Below, piece after piece: positions 1-9,927 of a stretch of 64,000 nt of DNA. A program made the translations under genes and the position numbers. How positions within the stretch are numbered: position 1 is the first letter of the stretch; each line of letters begins with the position of its first letter. The DNA is taken from NCBI GenBank assembly GCA_965232235.1, contig OZ246960.1, positions 1,132,479 to 1,196,478 of the forward strand, in the 5' to 3' direction. Under the pieces are notes generated by a model. The model did no database searches. It had not been told where the DNA came from and saw nothing but the letters and a program-made list of their open reading frames with translations. The DNA is from Candidatus Poribacteria bacterium (GTDB lineage: Bacteria > Poribacteria > WGA-4E > JAJDTR01).

Positions 1-90
1 GTCCATTTTTTGTGCAAGAGGGAAAATGGACGACAAGCAATTGCCCTGGTTCCAAATATCAGAAGGCTTCTGCCGCGCGATACTAGTATG

Positions 91-1098
91 TTACAATAAG
101 ACTTCCCCTGCTAACCTAGCCAGTTCATCACCGAACAGCCGCTCTGAATGAAATCTCAACCATGTGGGCAGGTTGCCGCCGGGGTCTGCATCAAGTTTTA
201 GATATAGCAGCCAAAGCGTGTAGAACTGCCGGCAGAGCTCTACATAGGGCATGACGGACATGAATCGGTCAATATCGAGTTCTTGTGAGTGGTCGAGATA
301 GACGCTCAGGATCCGTTCTCTGTCGACATCGCGATCTGTCCAAAAGTTCTGCAAATCAAATTGGGGGAAACCTATCCCGGCAAGTTCCCAGTCGAACAGA
401 ACCGCGCACTCCTGTTCAAACTTCGGCAAAGCAACGTTGCTTGGGTGAAAATCATTATAGACAAGTACTCGTGGCTCCTCTTTCCACCGCTCACGACCTT
501 CAAAGAGAACGGAACATGCATTCAAGAAGTCCTGCCGCGAGAGCCGATGCCCTCCGATTTGCGCCTCTCCGAGAACCCGCCACATTTTTTCGACGGCCCC
601 CGCATCCAGCTGTGAACCTTCCTCCGGCGCCAAGAAATCTTCCGCCGCAGCCATCAACTGCGGTGCGGAACGGCTGGCGTAATGAATTGTCGCATAAGTC
701 CTAACGATAATCTCCTGTTCTACGTCGCTGAAACGGTGATCGTCCGCGAGCATCACGTACCGTTCGCACAAATCCTCCATAAGGAGCGCCCACCTCGTCG
801 GCGTGTCATAATATTGCGTTAGGACTCTCGCGTGCGGCACCCTAAGGTGCTCCAGCAGTTCGTATACGTGGTATTCACGGTCAGCGATTCCGCTATCCTT
901 AGCGTACCACAACGCTCCATGAACCGCTGTGTCCTGTCGGGCTTTTACCACGGCAGAAAAGCGTCGGCGATTCACGCAGCCGGTGATTCGGGCTTTGAAT
1001 ACGCCGCTGTTGCCGCCGGGCGGAGTTTCCACATTAAGGATTTCTGCCGTTTTCCCGAAGGCTTTACTGAGTAGATGAGTGAGGTGTAGATCGTTCAT
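91..1098 (-). CDS. APH/choline-kinase-like phosphotransferase family protein
   Basis: 335-aa ORF. Catalytic-loop motif 'VYNDFHPSNV' and downstream 'DWELAGIG' are typical of aminoglycoside/choline-kinase-like phosphotransferases. Confidence 0.5.
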   Translation of the reverse strand: MNDLHLTHLLSKAFGKTAEILNVETPPGGNSGVFKARITGCVNRRRFSAVVKARQDTAVHGALWYAKDSGIADREYHVYELLEHLRVPHARVLTQYYDTPTRWALLMEDLCERYVMLADDHRFSDVEQEIIVRTYATIHYASRSAPQLMAAAEDFLAPEEGSQLDAGAVEKMWRVLGEAQIGGHRLSRQDFLNACSVLFEGRERWKEEPRVLVYNDFHPSNVALPKFEQECAVLFDWELAGIGFPQFDLQNFWTDRDVDRERILSVYLDHSQELDIDRFMSVMPYVELCRQFYTLWLLYLKLDADPGGNLPTWLRFHSERLFGDELARLAGEVLL

Positions 1099-1254
1099 GT
1101 GGAGATATTATACCATTTATAGATCTTTGCAGTGCATTAAGATCGTCGAATGAGCCTCTCCGATGCGAGGCAAGAAAGATAGTAATCGTGGGACAGCACA
1201 GGGCCCGTCCCCTACAATTGGGCGGTATTACTCTTGATAACAGGATAGATTGTC

Positions 1255-1283
1255 CTTGACCGAGGGGAGGCTACGGCGTAAAA
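1255..1283 (+). promoter_or_regulatory. sigma70-like promoter candidate for the E1alpha-E1beta-E2 operon
   Basis: TTGACC (1255-1260), 17-nt spacer, TAAAAT (1278-1283). About 100 nt upstream of the pdhA ATG, which is preceded by a GGAG RBS at 1368-1371. Confidence 0.45.
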
Positions 1284-1381
1284 TGGTGAAGGCAATTTAC
1301 AAAGACATTGGATTCACCGCGGCGAGTTTCAAAACGATATTTCACGACGTATTCGACTACCAACTTCAAGGAGATTGACTT

Positions 1382-2362
1382 ATGGCACTGTCACCCGAGT
1401 TGAGCAAGAAGATGTACAAAGATATGTGGCGCATTCGCCTCTTCGAGGAGGAGGCGCATCGCCAGACAAGTCTCGGCAGCGTGGTGGGAGCGCTCCACAT
1501 GTACTGCGGCGAGGAGGCGGTCGCGGTCGGTGTTTGCGGCAACCTGCGGGACGACGATTATGTGTTGGGCACGCACCGCAGCCACGGGCACTGCATCGCG
1601 AAGGGCGCCAAGCCGAACGAGATGATGGCGGAACTGTTCGGCAAAGCCACGGGCACCTGCGCCGGAAAGGGCGGGTCGATGCATATCGCGGATTTTTCGC
1701 TCAATATGCTTGGCGCGAATGGCATCGTGGGCGCAGGCATCGGTCCCGCCACCGGCGCCGCGCTCGCCAGCAAGATGCGCGGTACCGATCAGGTGTCGGT
1801 CTGTTTCTTCGGGGACGGCGCCGCCGCGCGGGGTACCTTCCACGAGGGCATCGGGTTCGGCGCGTTGTGGAAGCTGCCGGTGGTTTACGTCTGCGAGAAC
1901 AATCAATACCAGCAGTGGGTGCCGCGGTCGAATGTAGCGGTACTCGATTCGGTCGCCGACATGGCGGGATCGTATGCCATTCCGGGCGTTTCCATTGACG
2001 GGCAGGACATCGTCGAGGTCTACGACGTGGTTGGTCAGGCGGTCGAACGCGCCCGCAACGGCGGCGGTCCCACGTTGGTCGAAGCGAAAACCTACCGCTT
2101 CCACGGGCACAGCTTGGGCGACGAAGAGCAGTACCGTTCGAGCGATGAGGTTGAGACATGGAAGAACGACAGCGACCCGATTACGCTATTCCACACGGTG
2201 ATGAGCCGCAAGGGCTGGTTGACCGAGGACGAGGACGCGGCGATTCAGGAAGAGGTCAAAGACGAAATTGCGAACGCGGTGAAGTTTGCCGAGGAGAGCC
2301 CGTACCCGACGGTTGCCAATGTTACCACGGACGTGCTCGCTCCCAAGCAGGAGGTGGCATAA
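1382..2362 (+). CDS. pdhA: 2-oxoacid (pyruvate/acetoin) dehydrogenase E1 component alpha subunit, TPP-dependent
   Basis: 326 aa. 'YRFHGHSLGD' and 'GDGAAARG' motifs of E1alpha. First gene of an E1alpha-E1beta-E2 operon. It could equally be acetoin dehydrogenase acoA. Confidence 0.85.
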   Translation: MALSPELSKKMYKDMWRIRLFEEEAHRQTSLGSVVGALHMYCGEEAVAVGVCGNLRDDDYVLGTHRSHGHCIAKGAKPNEMMAELFGKATGTCAGKGGSMHIADFSLNMLGANGIVGAGIGPATGAALASKMRGTDQVSVCFFGDGAAARGTFHEGIGFGALWKLPVVYVCENNQYQQWVPRSNVAVLDSVADMAGSYAIPGVSIDGQDIVEVYDVVGQAVERARNGGGPTLVEAKTYRFHGHSLGDEEQYRSSDEVETWKNDSDPITLFHTVMSRKGWLTEDEDAAIQEEVKDEIANAVKFAEESPYPTVANVTTDVLAPKQEVA

Positions 2363-3333
2363 TGAAGACATTGACGATCAGCAGGGCGCTGTGCGAGGCG
2401 CTGCACGAGGAGATGGAGCGTGACGATTCCGTATTCGTCATGGGTGAAGATGTCATCACGCACGGGGGACCGTACAAGGTGACGGAGGGGATCGCGGAAC
2501 GTTTCCCGGAACGGATTTTCGAAACGCCGATTGCCGAGGCGGGTATCGTCGGATTGGGGGTCGGCGCCGCCATGGCGGGCATGAGTCCCGTCGTCGAGAT
2601 CATGTACATGGACTTTGTGACGTGCGCTATGGACGAGGTGGTCAACCAAGCGGCGAAGATGCGCTACATGACCGGGGGTCAAGCCAGCGTTCCGATGGTT
2701 ATCCGGCTTCCGTGCGGCGTCGGTCGATTGCTCGCGGCGCAGCATTCGCAGATTATGGAATCGTGGTTTATGCACGTGCCCGGCTTGCAGGTGGTTGTGC
2801 CTTCAACGCCCAGCGACGCCAAAGGGTTACTCAAATCCGCGGTACGCAGCGAGGATCCGGTGCTGTTCTTCGAGTACAAGCGCATCTATACCTCCAGGGG
2901 CGAGGTGCCGGACGGGGAACATATCGTGCCCATCGGCAAAGCGGATATCAGCCGTGAGGGCGAGGACGCCACCATCGTCGCCATTGGACCCATGGTGCAG
3001 AAGTCGCTGGAAGCGGCGGTGCTGCTGGAGGATGACGGTTACGACGTTGAGGTGGTCGATGTGAGATCGCTGTCGCCGTTGGATACCGAGACCATCTGCG
3101 AGTCGGTGAATCGAACCGGTCATGCCGTGGTCTGCGGCGAGGACTCCAGCTTTGCCGGGGCGGTATCCGAGATTGCGGCGATGATTGGTGAGAACTGCTT
3201 TGACTCGCTCAAGGCGCCGGTCACGCGAGTCGGGAGTCCACATGTGCCGATGCCGTTTAGCTCGGAACTCGTGAAGCACGTTGTGCCCGAGGTTCCCAAC
3301 ATCACCGAGGCGGTCAATCGTGTAATGGCGTAG
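2362..3333 (+). CDS. pdhB: 2-oxoacid dehydrogenase E1 component beta subunit
   Basis: ATG overlaps the pdhA stop (TAATG at 2360-2364), preceded by a GGAGG RBS. The protein begins 'MKTLTISRALCEALHEEMERDDSVFVMGEDV', transketolase-like. The track ORF 2158.. is an upstream over-extension in the same frame. Confidence 0.85.
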   Translation: MKTLTISRALCEALHEEMERDDSVFVMGEDVITHGGPYKVTEGIAERFPERIFETPIAEAGIVGLGVGAAMAGMSPVVEIMYMDFVTCAMDEVVNQAAKMRYMTGGQASVPMVIRLPCGVGRLLAAQHSQIMESWFMHVPGLQVVVPSTPSDAKGLLKSAVRSEDPVLFFEYKRIYTSRGEVPDGEHIVPIGKADISREGEDATIVAIGPMVQKSLEAAVLLEDDGYDVEVVDVRSLSPLDTETICESVNRTGHAVVCGEDSSFAGAVSEIAAMIGENCFDSLKAPVTRVGSPHVPMPFSSELVKHVVPEVPNITEAVNRVMA

Positions 3334-3382
3334 TGGGATTTCCCTATATCGCATCTATGCGCATCGCAGGAAAGGAGATCAC

Positions 3383-4759
3383 ATGGCAGTACAGTTCCGT
3401 CTAGCGGCGTTCGGTCACACAATGGAAACGGGCCGCGTCGTCGAGTGGCACATCGCCGAAGGCAGCAGAATTGAAGAGGGGCAACCCCTGGTTTCGATTG
3501 AGACAGATAAAACCGTCGTCGAGGTGGAGTCGCCGGTGAGCGGTGTGGTGCTGCGCATCGTCGGGCAAGTTGATGGCGAGTACGATGTCGGCGAAACTCT
3601 GGCGTGGATTGGTGAAGAGGGCGAGGCGGTGCCGGACGCACCCGCGGCAGCGCCCAAAACCCCAGCCGCCGCTCAGCCGGCTGAGTCAAGGGCGACCCCG
3701 GTGGCGCTGCGACTCGCGAAACGGCACAACATAGACGCCGAATCCCTTGCCGGTACAGGACCGGGCGGACGGGTGACGAAGGAGGACGTGCAGCGCGCTA
3801 TCGACGCGGGTGATGCTGCGCCGGCAAAGGTCGCCGACGCGCAGCCCGCCGCCGCTGCCGCCGAGGGGGCCAGAACTTCGCCCCCCGATCGACCTTCGGG
3901 GTCGCGTGTCACTCCCGTCGCACAGCGGCTTGCGGAACGGCACAACATAGACGCCGAATCGCTAGCCGGTACGGGACCGGGCGGACGAGTGACCAAGGAG
4001 GATGTCCAACGCGCTATCGACGCCGGAGCCGCCAGCCCGAAGCAACCCGCGGACGCGAGACAGACCTCTGACGTAGAGGTCACACCGCTTAGCGGCATAC
4101 GCCGCACGACCGCCGAGCGTCTCGGTGAAATCTGGTCGCAAGCGCCGCATGTCACCGAAGGTATCGAAGTCGATTTTAGCGCCATCCTAAACCTGCGATC
4201 AGTGAACGAGGAGTCGTGGCGCCAGTCTCACGGCGTCGCACCGTCAATCAACGATTTCGTGCTGAAAGCCACTGCCGATGCGTTGAAGTCTCATCCCCGG
4301 CTCAACGCGACTCTGATTGACGGGTCGGTGCACCAGTATCGCGAGGTCAACTTGGGGGTCGCGGTTGACATCCCGGACGGCTTGGTGGTGCCGGTTATCC
4401 GGCGCGCCGACGCCCTCGGAATCGTGGAGATTGCGACGCAGGTCAGGGCGCTGGCGGAGCGTGCGCGCGAGGGGAAGCTGAGAGTTGACGATTATGCGGA
4501 CGGCACGTTCACCGTCACCAACCTCGGCGGGCTGGGAGTAGACTGGTTCACGCCGGTGCTCAATCCGCCGCAGTGCGCGATTCTCGGTGTGGGGCGGGTG
4601 CGCCGGGTTGCCGTCTTTGCCGGTGAATCGATTGTGGCGCGGGATATCGGGACGTTGGTTCTCACCTTTGACCATCGCGCCATAGACGGCGCGCCGTGTG
4701 CTCGGTTCCTAGGCGAGTTGAAGGGGCTAATCGAGGCGCCGGACGGGTTGTTGCCTTGA
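3383..4759 (+). CDS. pdhC: dihydrolipoamide acyltransferase E2 component (lipoyl domain + two E3-binding domains + catalytic domain)
   Basis: 458 aa. N-terminal lipoyl domain ('IETDKTVVEV'), two near-identical peripheral-subunit-binding domains ('PVAxRLAxRHNIDAESLAGTGPGGRVTKEDVQRAIDAG'), and a C-terminal catalytic 'DHRAIDGA' motif. Confidence 0.85.
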   Translation: MAVQFRLAAFGHTMETGRVVEWHIAEGSRIEEGQPLVSIETDKTVVEVESPVSGVVLRIVGQVDGEYDVGETLAWIGEEGEAVPDAPAAAPKTPAAAQPAESRATPVALRLAKRHNIDAESLAGTGPGGRVTKEDVQRAIDAGDAAPAKVADAQPAAAAAEGARTSPPDRPSGSRVTPVAQRLAERHNIDAESLAGTGPGGRVTKEDVQRAIDAGAASPKQPADARQTSDVEVTPLSGIRRTTAERLGEIWSQAPHVTEGIEVDFSAILNLRSVNEESWRQSHGVAPSINDFVLKATADALKSHPRLNATLIDGSVHQYREVNLGVAVDIPDGLVVPVIRRADALGIVEIATQVRALAERAREGKLRVDDYADGTFTVTNLGGLGVDWFTPVLNPPQCAILGVGRVRRVAVFAGESIVARDIGTLVLTFDHRAIDGAPCARFLGELKGLIEAPDGLLP

Positions 4760-4794
4760 AAGGCAGTTTGAGAAGGGTAGGCAGCAGGGACCAT

Positions 4795-4822
4795 TGTAGG
4801 GAACGCAGATCTGCGTTCCCTA
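4795..4822 (+). terminator. perfect 13-bp-stem palindrome downstream of the E2 gene (GTAG-headed, REP/terminator-like)
   Basis: GTAGGGAACGCAG-AT-CTGCGTTCCCTAC, 35 nt after the E2 stop. No T-run follows, so it may act as a REP-like element rather than an intrinsic terminator. Confidence 0.4.
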
Positions 4823-4940
4823 CGGACATGCCGTTCCCTTAGCGCTTCCGGAGTACATATCACCGGAAAGGCTGGTGTGCAGTGCACACCCTACAGGAAT
4901 TCTGACGCATCACTCGGTTTCAAGACAAAAGGAGAAATTG

Positions 4941-6482
4941 ATGAATTTTCGACAGAAAATCGCGCTTAGTTTTTTTCTCTCTGTCGTTTTGATGGGCGTT
5001 GCGTTTGCGCAGCTTGTTGATATACCCGACCCAAACTTGCGACGGGCGGTCAGGGAGGTGCTGAATCTGCCGAATGATTCCCAAGTCACTGCTCAAGATA
5101 TGCGGCGGTTGACCGGGCTAAAGGCACAAAACACCGGTATAGAAAGCCTTGACGGATTGGAGTATGCGATGGACTTGAGGCGCTTGTGGGTAGACAGCAA
5201 TCCCTTGTCCGACTTGTCGCCAATCTCAAACTGCTCCAAATTGGAAGACTTGGGCATTAGCGGTTGCGGGATTTCGGATATATCTGCGTTGCAAGGTCTT
5301 GTAAATCTACTCGGTGTGAATATCGGAGGGAATAGCATCCATGATTTGCAACCCTTAAAACCTTTGATAAATTTGGAACATCTGCTCATGTACCAAAATC
5401 CGATATCGGACATCGCGCCGTTGGTAAACTTGCGGAAGTTGAAAAGGCTATGGGCATGGAACTGTCAGGTTACTGATATTAGCGCGTTACAATATCTTTC
5501 TGAACTGACTGAGTTAAATTTAGGCGGCAACCAAATAGTCGATATCGCCCCGCTTGTCGACCTCACACAGATAACACGATTATCATTGAACCATAACCGA
5601 ATCGCCGATGTTGTTCCCTTGGCGAGTTTGACCAAGCTAGAGTGGTTAGAGATTCAAAACAATAATATTGCGGACTACAGTCCGCTAGATTCACTCCCGC
5701 TAGACCATTTCTTTTTCGACCAAGAATGCGATATGCCGCCGCTTCCTCTTGAGGCCCGGTTGGAGAATAAAACCTTTCCCTCTCCCTACGCCGCCGAATG
5801 GACCTACGGAGTCGATCCGCGTTTAGATTTGGTGCTTGGGTATATATTAGACGATTTCGGTTTGCACCACCTGAATGACGGGGGAGTGGTTGGCACCATG
5901 GAATACGCTATCCAGAAACGAGACGAACTCATGGCAACGAACCCAAACATGGTGTTTCTTGTCAACATTTCAATGAGAGGAGAATCAATTAACCTTTATG
6001 GTGAGGATTGGCCATTTTGGATTCGGGATGCAAGTGGGAATATTGTTCCGGAAGGCACCGAAGGCGCCGGCTTCATGGGCTTCACACATCCGGCCGTTCA
6101 GGACATTATTGTTGAACAAGCCATCGCGGTTTCTAAATGTGGTCTATTCGATGGAATTGTGTTTGATTGGTGGCACGAGACTGGCTCCATTCTTGCCGAT
6201 CATAACTCTGGTTGGCGCGAAGGATATAGAGGCCTCGACGCCGAGCAGCGCGCCCGCGATGTAATCCTTCAGCGCATCAGGGCCGAAACCAGGCACGACT
6301 TTCTGATTCAGGTGAACTCTAATCGAGGCAAAATTCCGCGTACGGCTCCTTACATCAATGGTCTGACTATGGAGACGGGAATCCCCGACTGGTTCACGAC
6401 GGACGACAAACTTAACAAGGCACTCTTAGAAACTGAAGGTACCCTCTTGTGGGCGGAGGAAAACCTCAGGGAGCCCTTATAA
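4941..6482 (+). CDS. secreted leucine-rich-repeat (internalin-like) protein with a C-terminal hydrolase-like domain; 5' part of a frameshifted LRR-dockerin gene
   Basis: RBS 'AAAAGGAGAAATTG' then ATG at 4941. Signal peptide 'MNFRQKIALSFFLSVVLMGVAFAQ'. About 10 LRR units of 22 aa ('LxxLxxLxLxxNxIxDIxPL'). The globular domain that follows has no assigned family. Confidence 0.7.
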   Translation: MNFRQKIALSFFLSVVLMGVAFAQLVDIPDPNLRRAVREVLNLPNDSQVTAQDMRRLTGLKAQNTGIESLDGLEYAMDLRRLWVDSNPLSDLSPISNCSKLEDLGISGCGISDISALQGLVNLLGVNIGGNSIHDLQPLKPLINLEHLLMYQNPISDIAPLVNLRKLKRLWAWNCQVTDISALQYLSELTELNLGGNQIVDIAPLVDLTQITRLSLNHNRIADVVPLASLTKLEWLEIQNNNIADYSPLDSLPLDHFFFDQECDMPPLPLEARLENKTFPSPYAAEWTYGVDPRLDLVLGYILDDFGLHHLNDGGVVGTMEYAIQKRDELMATNPNMVFLVNISMRGESINLYGEDWPFWIRDASGNIVPEGTEGAGFMGFTHPAVQDIIVEQAIAVSKCGLFDGIVFDWWHETGSILADHNSGWREGYRGLDAEQRARDVILQRIRAETRHDFLIQVNSNRGKIPRTAPYINGLTMETGIPDWFTTDDKLNKALLETEGTLLWAEENLREPL

Positions 6483-7027
6483 ACGGAGTAGCGGGTCAGG
6501 CCCTGTACGGCGAAGCCGAGGATAGCCCGAATAATCGCCGATGGGCGCGCGTCCTGCTTACCCTGAGCCTTACTCACGCAGATGGGTTTGCCGTTTATCA
6601 AACGCATGCTGGATTCGGTGCGAGTGCATGGATTGACTTATTCGATGCCGACCTCGGCCGCCCTGTCGGGCCCAAAGCCGCGCTCTACGAAGAACACATT
6701 CCCGGCCTTTACATCCGGGAATTCACGAACGGCTGGGCAGTGTATAACCACAGCGGCGAGGCGCAGGTGATTACGTTGCCGGAAGAGGTGCAGGGGGTCG
6801 CCAGCGGGCTGGTAAACGTGGAGCACGCGCTTCCGAACTTGGACGGCGAGATGTATTTGCGGGCGACGCCGAAGAATCCGGCGGATGTGAACGGGGACGG
6901 GGTGGTGAATATTTTGGATTTGACGCTGGTGGCGCAGGGCTTCGGGACGGATAGTTTGCAGGGAGATGTGAATGGAGATGGGGTAGTGAATGTGTTCGAT
7001 CTGGTGTTTGTGGCAAATCAATTCTAA
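6437..7027 (+). pseudogene. 3' part of the same LRR gene in another frame, ending in a dockerin repeat pair (frameshift near 6437-6482)
   Basis: Frame opens at 6437 directly after an in-frame TGA. Ends with 'DVNGDGVVNILDLTLVAQGFG...GDVNGDGVVNVFDLVFVANQF', a type-I dockerin signature. It overlaps the 3' end of the LRR ORF in a different frame. Confidence 0.5.
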
Positions 7028-7038
7028 TAGGGGTATAA

Positions 7039-7275
7039 ATGGCATTACAATTCAGATGTCCACATTGCGGTGAAAATGTCATCGTTGAGTACCTCAAAGT
7101 AGGTGAGTTCGCACAGTGCCACCAGTGCGGCAACAGAACCGAAGTGCCCTCTGATGCCGGTTACATTGACGACGAACAAATTTCAATCCTGCCTGCGGCG
7201 GCGAGATCGCAGCGTACACCCGAGCAACCCTTTGAGAGGCGAGACTATCAGGATTACAACACCCCACAACGTTGA
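7039..7275 (+). CDS. small zinc-ribbon protein
   Basis: 78 aa with 'CPHCG...CHQCG' (two CxxC pairs). Confidence 0.4.
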   Translation: MALQFRCPHCGENVIVEYLKVGEFAQCHQCGNRTEVPSDAGYIDDEQISILPAAARSQRTPEQPFERRDYQDYNTPQR

Positions 7276-7688
7276 GCCACCTTTTGTTTTCTCCAAAGGG
7301 CCTCATAAGTCGGTCCTCCATATGGGTGTATTGCGGCTTAAATTTGACAATCCTCATCGCGTCGATTGTTGCCTGTCACGCCATCAGCGGATTGGGAATA
7401 GCGCTATTTCTGTGGTGGTTCCTAATGTCTACTTATACGAGTAACATGGTAGAGATAAAGCGTTTTCATGACCGCGACAAATCGGGTTGGTGGGTATTGG
7501 CCGGATTTGTGCCAGTGTTCAACACTTTGGTCGGTACCGAATTGCTATTTCTACGGGTCACAAAAGGTCCGAACCGTTACGGCACGGATCCTCTGGCGAA
7601 CAGGGATGTCCGGTCGAGAGGAAGCAACCGGGCTATTGAGGATTATGGTGTCGAGGGACGTTGCAGTTGGGTTTTTGCTGCGCTATGA
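7272..7688 (+). CDS. DUF805-family inner-membrane protein
   Basis: 'IKRFHDRDKSGWWVLAGFVPVFN' matches the DUF805 'RRLHDxGxSGWW' signature, flanked by hydrophobic helices. The start codon is uncertain (TTG at 7272 or an internal ATG). Confidence 0.5.
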   Translation: MSHLLFSPKGLISRSSIWVYCGLNLTILIASIVACHAISGLGIALFLWWFLMSTYTSNMVEIKRFHDRDKSGWWVLAGFVPVFNTLVGTELLFLRVTKGPNRYGTDPLANRDVRSRGSNRAIEDYGVEGRCSWVFAAL

Positions 7689-7795
7689 TGATCTCTATCG
7701 CATTCGCTATTCGCTCATTTGATCACTCCTACGAAGAGGGTAGGAGATTGGGTTCCCTGCGTGGGGGTGTCTCCATACTACGCTATACGTCGGGA

Positions 7796-8743
7796 TTAGA
7801 GGTGGTAAGATACGGTCATTGATAGGGTGGGGCCGACTTCAAACGCATCGCCCTCCTCCGACAGCACCCGGCTCTGAATCGGCAATATCAGGTTCAGCCG
7901 GACGGGCACGCCAAATCTCCGATCCGGCGCGGCGCCGAGCTGCACGGCATTGTAAATCAAACCCGAGTTGATGTCCCGGTTCCCATCCCAGTAGGCGTAG
8001 GATTGGAATAATCCCAGATGGCTCGCATGAAGCGACAACCAATCCCCAACCTGATATCGTATGCCTACGGTTTCCGTGACATCCACGGGACCGCGATAAG
8101 TCTTGCCGTTCTCGTAGACCGGAAACTGCCCATGTATTGACGCGTTGAGCGAGAGCCCGTCAGACAACAATGTTTCATAGTGCAGCGCCGCCGACGGATC
8201 GAAAGTGCCGGTGCCGAACTGGATGTGGAGGTGCTTTTGACCGGCGTCTCCCAGCCTGTACGGATCCTCCTCTGTCGCCCCGATCGGTATGCTGGCTCCG
8301 ACCGAAACCATCAAGCGATCCGTGTCGCGCAGCAGGTTCGTGATCCTGTGTGAAACGAGCAGACGCGCATCCGCAAATCCGCGGTACACCTCGTCGCGGT
8401 GGTGTATGTCTTGGTTGCGTAGAATTGCAGCCCGATCTTCCTGCGTCACGGTAGCAATCTCGTCAATGAAAGCGTCCTGATCCTTGATGTCGTAGGGCAG
8501 ACTCAACGCGATATCCCAATCAGCCGCGAGCCGGTAGGCTATATCCAGTTGAAAGCGAAAGAAATCCAAGGAGACGTTGTGGCGATGCAACGGGCCCTGA
8601 ATCACGTCGCCCGTTGAAGATAGCCCCCTGGTCTCCAAGTGTCCCCCGTTGGCGTCAAATCCCCTCAGCAGGTAGAGGGATAATCGGAGTTTGCTATCAT
8701 CGGAAGTCGAACCGACTTCTCCAATCCCGCTCCGCGGAATCAC
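7796..8743 (-). pseudogene. outer-membrane beta-barrel-like protein separated from its signal peptide by two in-frame TGA codons
   Basis: The body (315 aa, alternating amphipathic strands, begins GTG 'VIPRSG') is in frame with an upstream signal peptide 'MRRINLASTIILITSLLFSPLSYAQES' at 8765-8845. They are separated by TGA-GGG-GCG-TGA. Confidence 0.4.
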
Positions 8744-8849
8744 GGGATTGCTTCACGCCCCTCACGACTCCTGCGCGTATGAGAGCGGTGAGAAGAGCAG
8801 GGAAGTTATCAGGATTATAGTTGAGGCAAGGTTGATTCTTCGCATGATA

Positions 8850-9830
8850 TGTCTCCAATAGACTGCAGAACTGTTACTTGGATTCACCCCATCCTCAATT
8901 CTTGGTTCCGCTCGCCACACATCTATGCGGCTTCCACTATTCCACCAATCAGCCGAACCCGTAGGTTGGGTTGAACTATCCTGCCCATTAACACAGTACA
9001 GTTGGTAGGAGCGACCTCCTGGTCGCGATTCGATTGAACCAACCGACTGATTACGGAGAGCGATAGAAAATTCCCCGCCGAATGAACACTGCCCTCCGTA
9101 GGGGCGAGGTTCCCTCGCCCGATATTTGGCAGGTGAAATCAACCGAGCCCGTAGGTTGGATGGTGACACGCGAATCCCAACGGTAGGAGATCAACTGAGT
9201 GGATAGCGAAGGCGATAGAGATCCATCAAGCGAGTGAATAACGAGGGCGATAGAATTCCTCTCCGAATCGCGACCCCTTACGGTGCTATAGGGATCCTGA
9301 ATAGCGCGCGCGATAGAGTTCTCGTGCCTACCATCTCTTGTAGGGTGCGCATGGCGCACCAGCCTTGGAGAGCGCCAGCGGCGCGAAAGGTGCATAGCAA
9401 CACCAAGCCGCTCTAAATCAAAGCCCCAGAGGGGCGACAGAGATCCATCAACCGACTGATTAAGAAGCGCGGTAGCTAACCCCGAAAGAAATCCGACACA
9501 AATTCCCAAGCCGAATGAACAATGCCCTCCGTAGGGGCGAGGTTCCCTCGCCCGATATTTGGCAGGTGATATCAACCAAGCCTGTAGGTTGGGTTGTGCC
9601 ACGCGAAACCCAACGGTAGGAGATTAAACGAGTGAATAACGAGTGCGATAGAATTCTTCTCCGAATCGCGACCTCTTTCGCTCCAGCGGAGCGTCATGTC
9701 GATAGAACGCGGCTATATAACTGTTTTCCGCTCCAGCGGAGCGCCATGCGAGGCCGTCTCAATTGTTCTCCTCAAACTATTGAATCCCCTATCGATTCCA
9801 ATCGTCAATCATAAACTCAAAGATGAAAGC
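8850..9830. repeat. repeat-dense non-coding region (about 1 kb) built from short interspersed words and GTAGG-headed hairpins
   Basis: Multiple copies of 'GATCAAxCGAxTGxATA', 'GCGATAGA(G/A)(A/T)TC', 'CCGTAGGGGCGAGGTTCCCTCGCCCGATATTTGGCAGGTGA' (twice, at ~9100 and ~9530) and 'GTAGGTTGGGTTG'. The ORFs called here (8762-9169, 9051-9602) are built from repeats and are not credible genes. Confidence 0.6.
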
Positions 9831-9927
9831 CCTTTATTCTTGCGACAAAACTTGGATTCGATAAGGGTTGAACACCTACCGAGAAAACCACTAAGGTTCA
9901 TAATATCTCACGATTGCCTCGACTCGC

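Noticed and set aside
1-31. Hairpin GTCCATTTT-(13)-AAAATGGAC at the window start as terminator of the 91-1098 gene
   Set aside because: The stem is AT-rich. The required T-tract on the minus strand would lie outside the window, so it cannot be evaluated.
1375-2159. Overlapping ORFs on both strands inside pdhA (1375-1998, 1391-2110, 1701-2159)
   Set aside because: Arg/Pro-rich antisense or off-frame translations of a high-GC gene. pdhA itself has clear E1alpha motifs.
2158-2361. 5' extension of the E1beta ORF in the track (391 aa)
   Set aside because: The extension overlaps the pdhA 3' end out of frame and has no homology. The E1beta start at the TAATG junction with an RBS gives the canonical ~323-aa protein.
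3673-4185. Minus-strand ORF inside the E2 gene
   Set aside because: Antisense to the Ala/Pro-rich linker and PSBD duplication; a compositional artefact.
8762-9602. ORFs 8762-9169 and 9051-9602 on the minus strand
   Set aside because: They are made entirely of interspersed repeat words ('AKYRAREPRPYGG' from the GGGGCGAGG hairpin). Only the last 27 codons of 8762-9169 look real: the orphaned signal peptide of the barrel gene.
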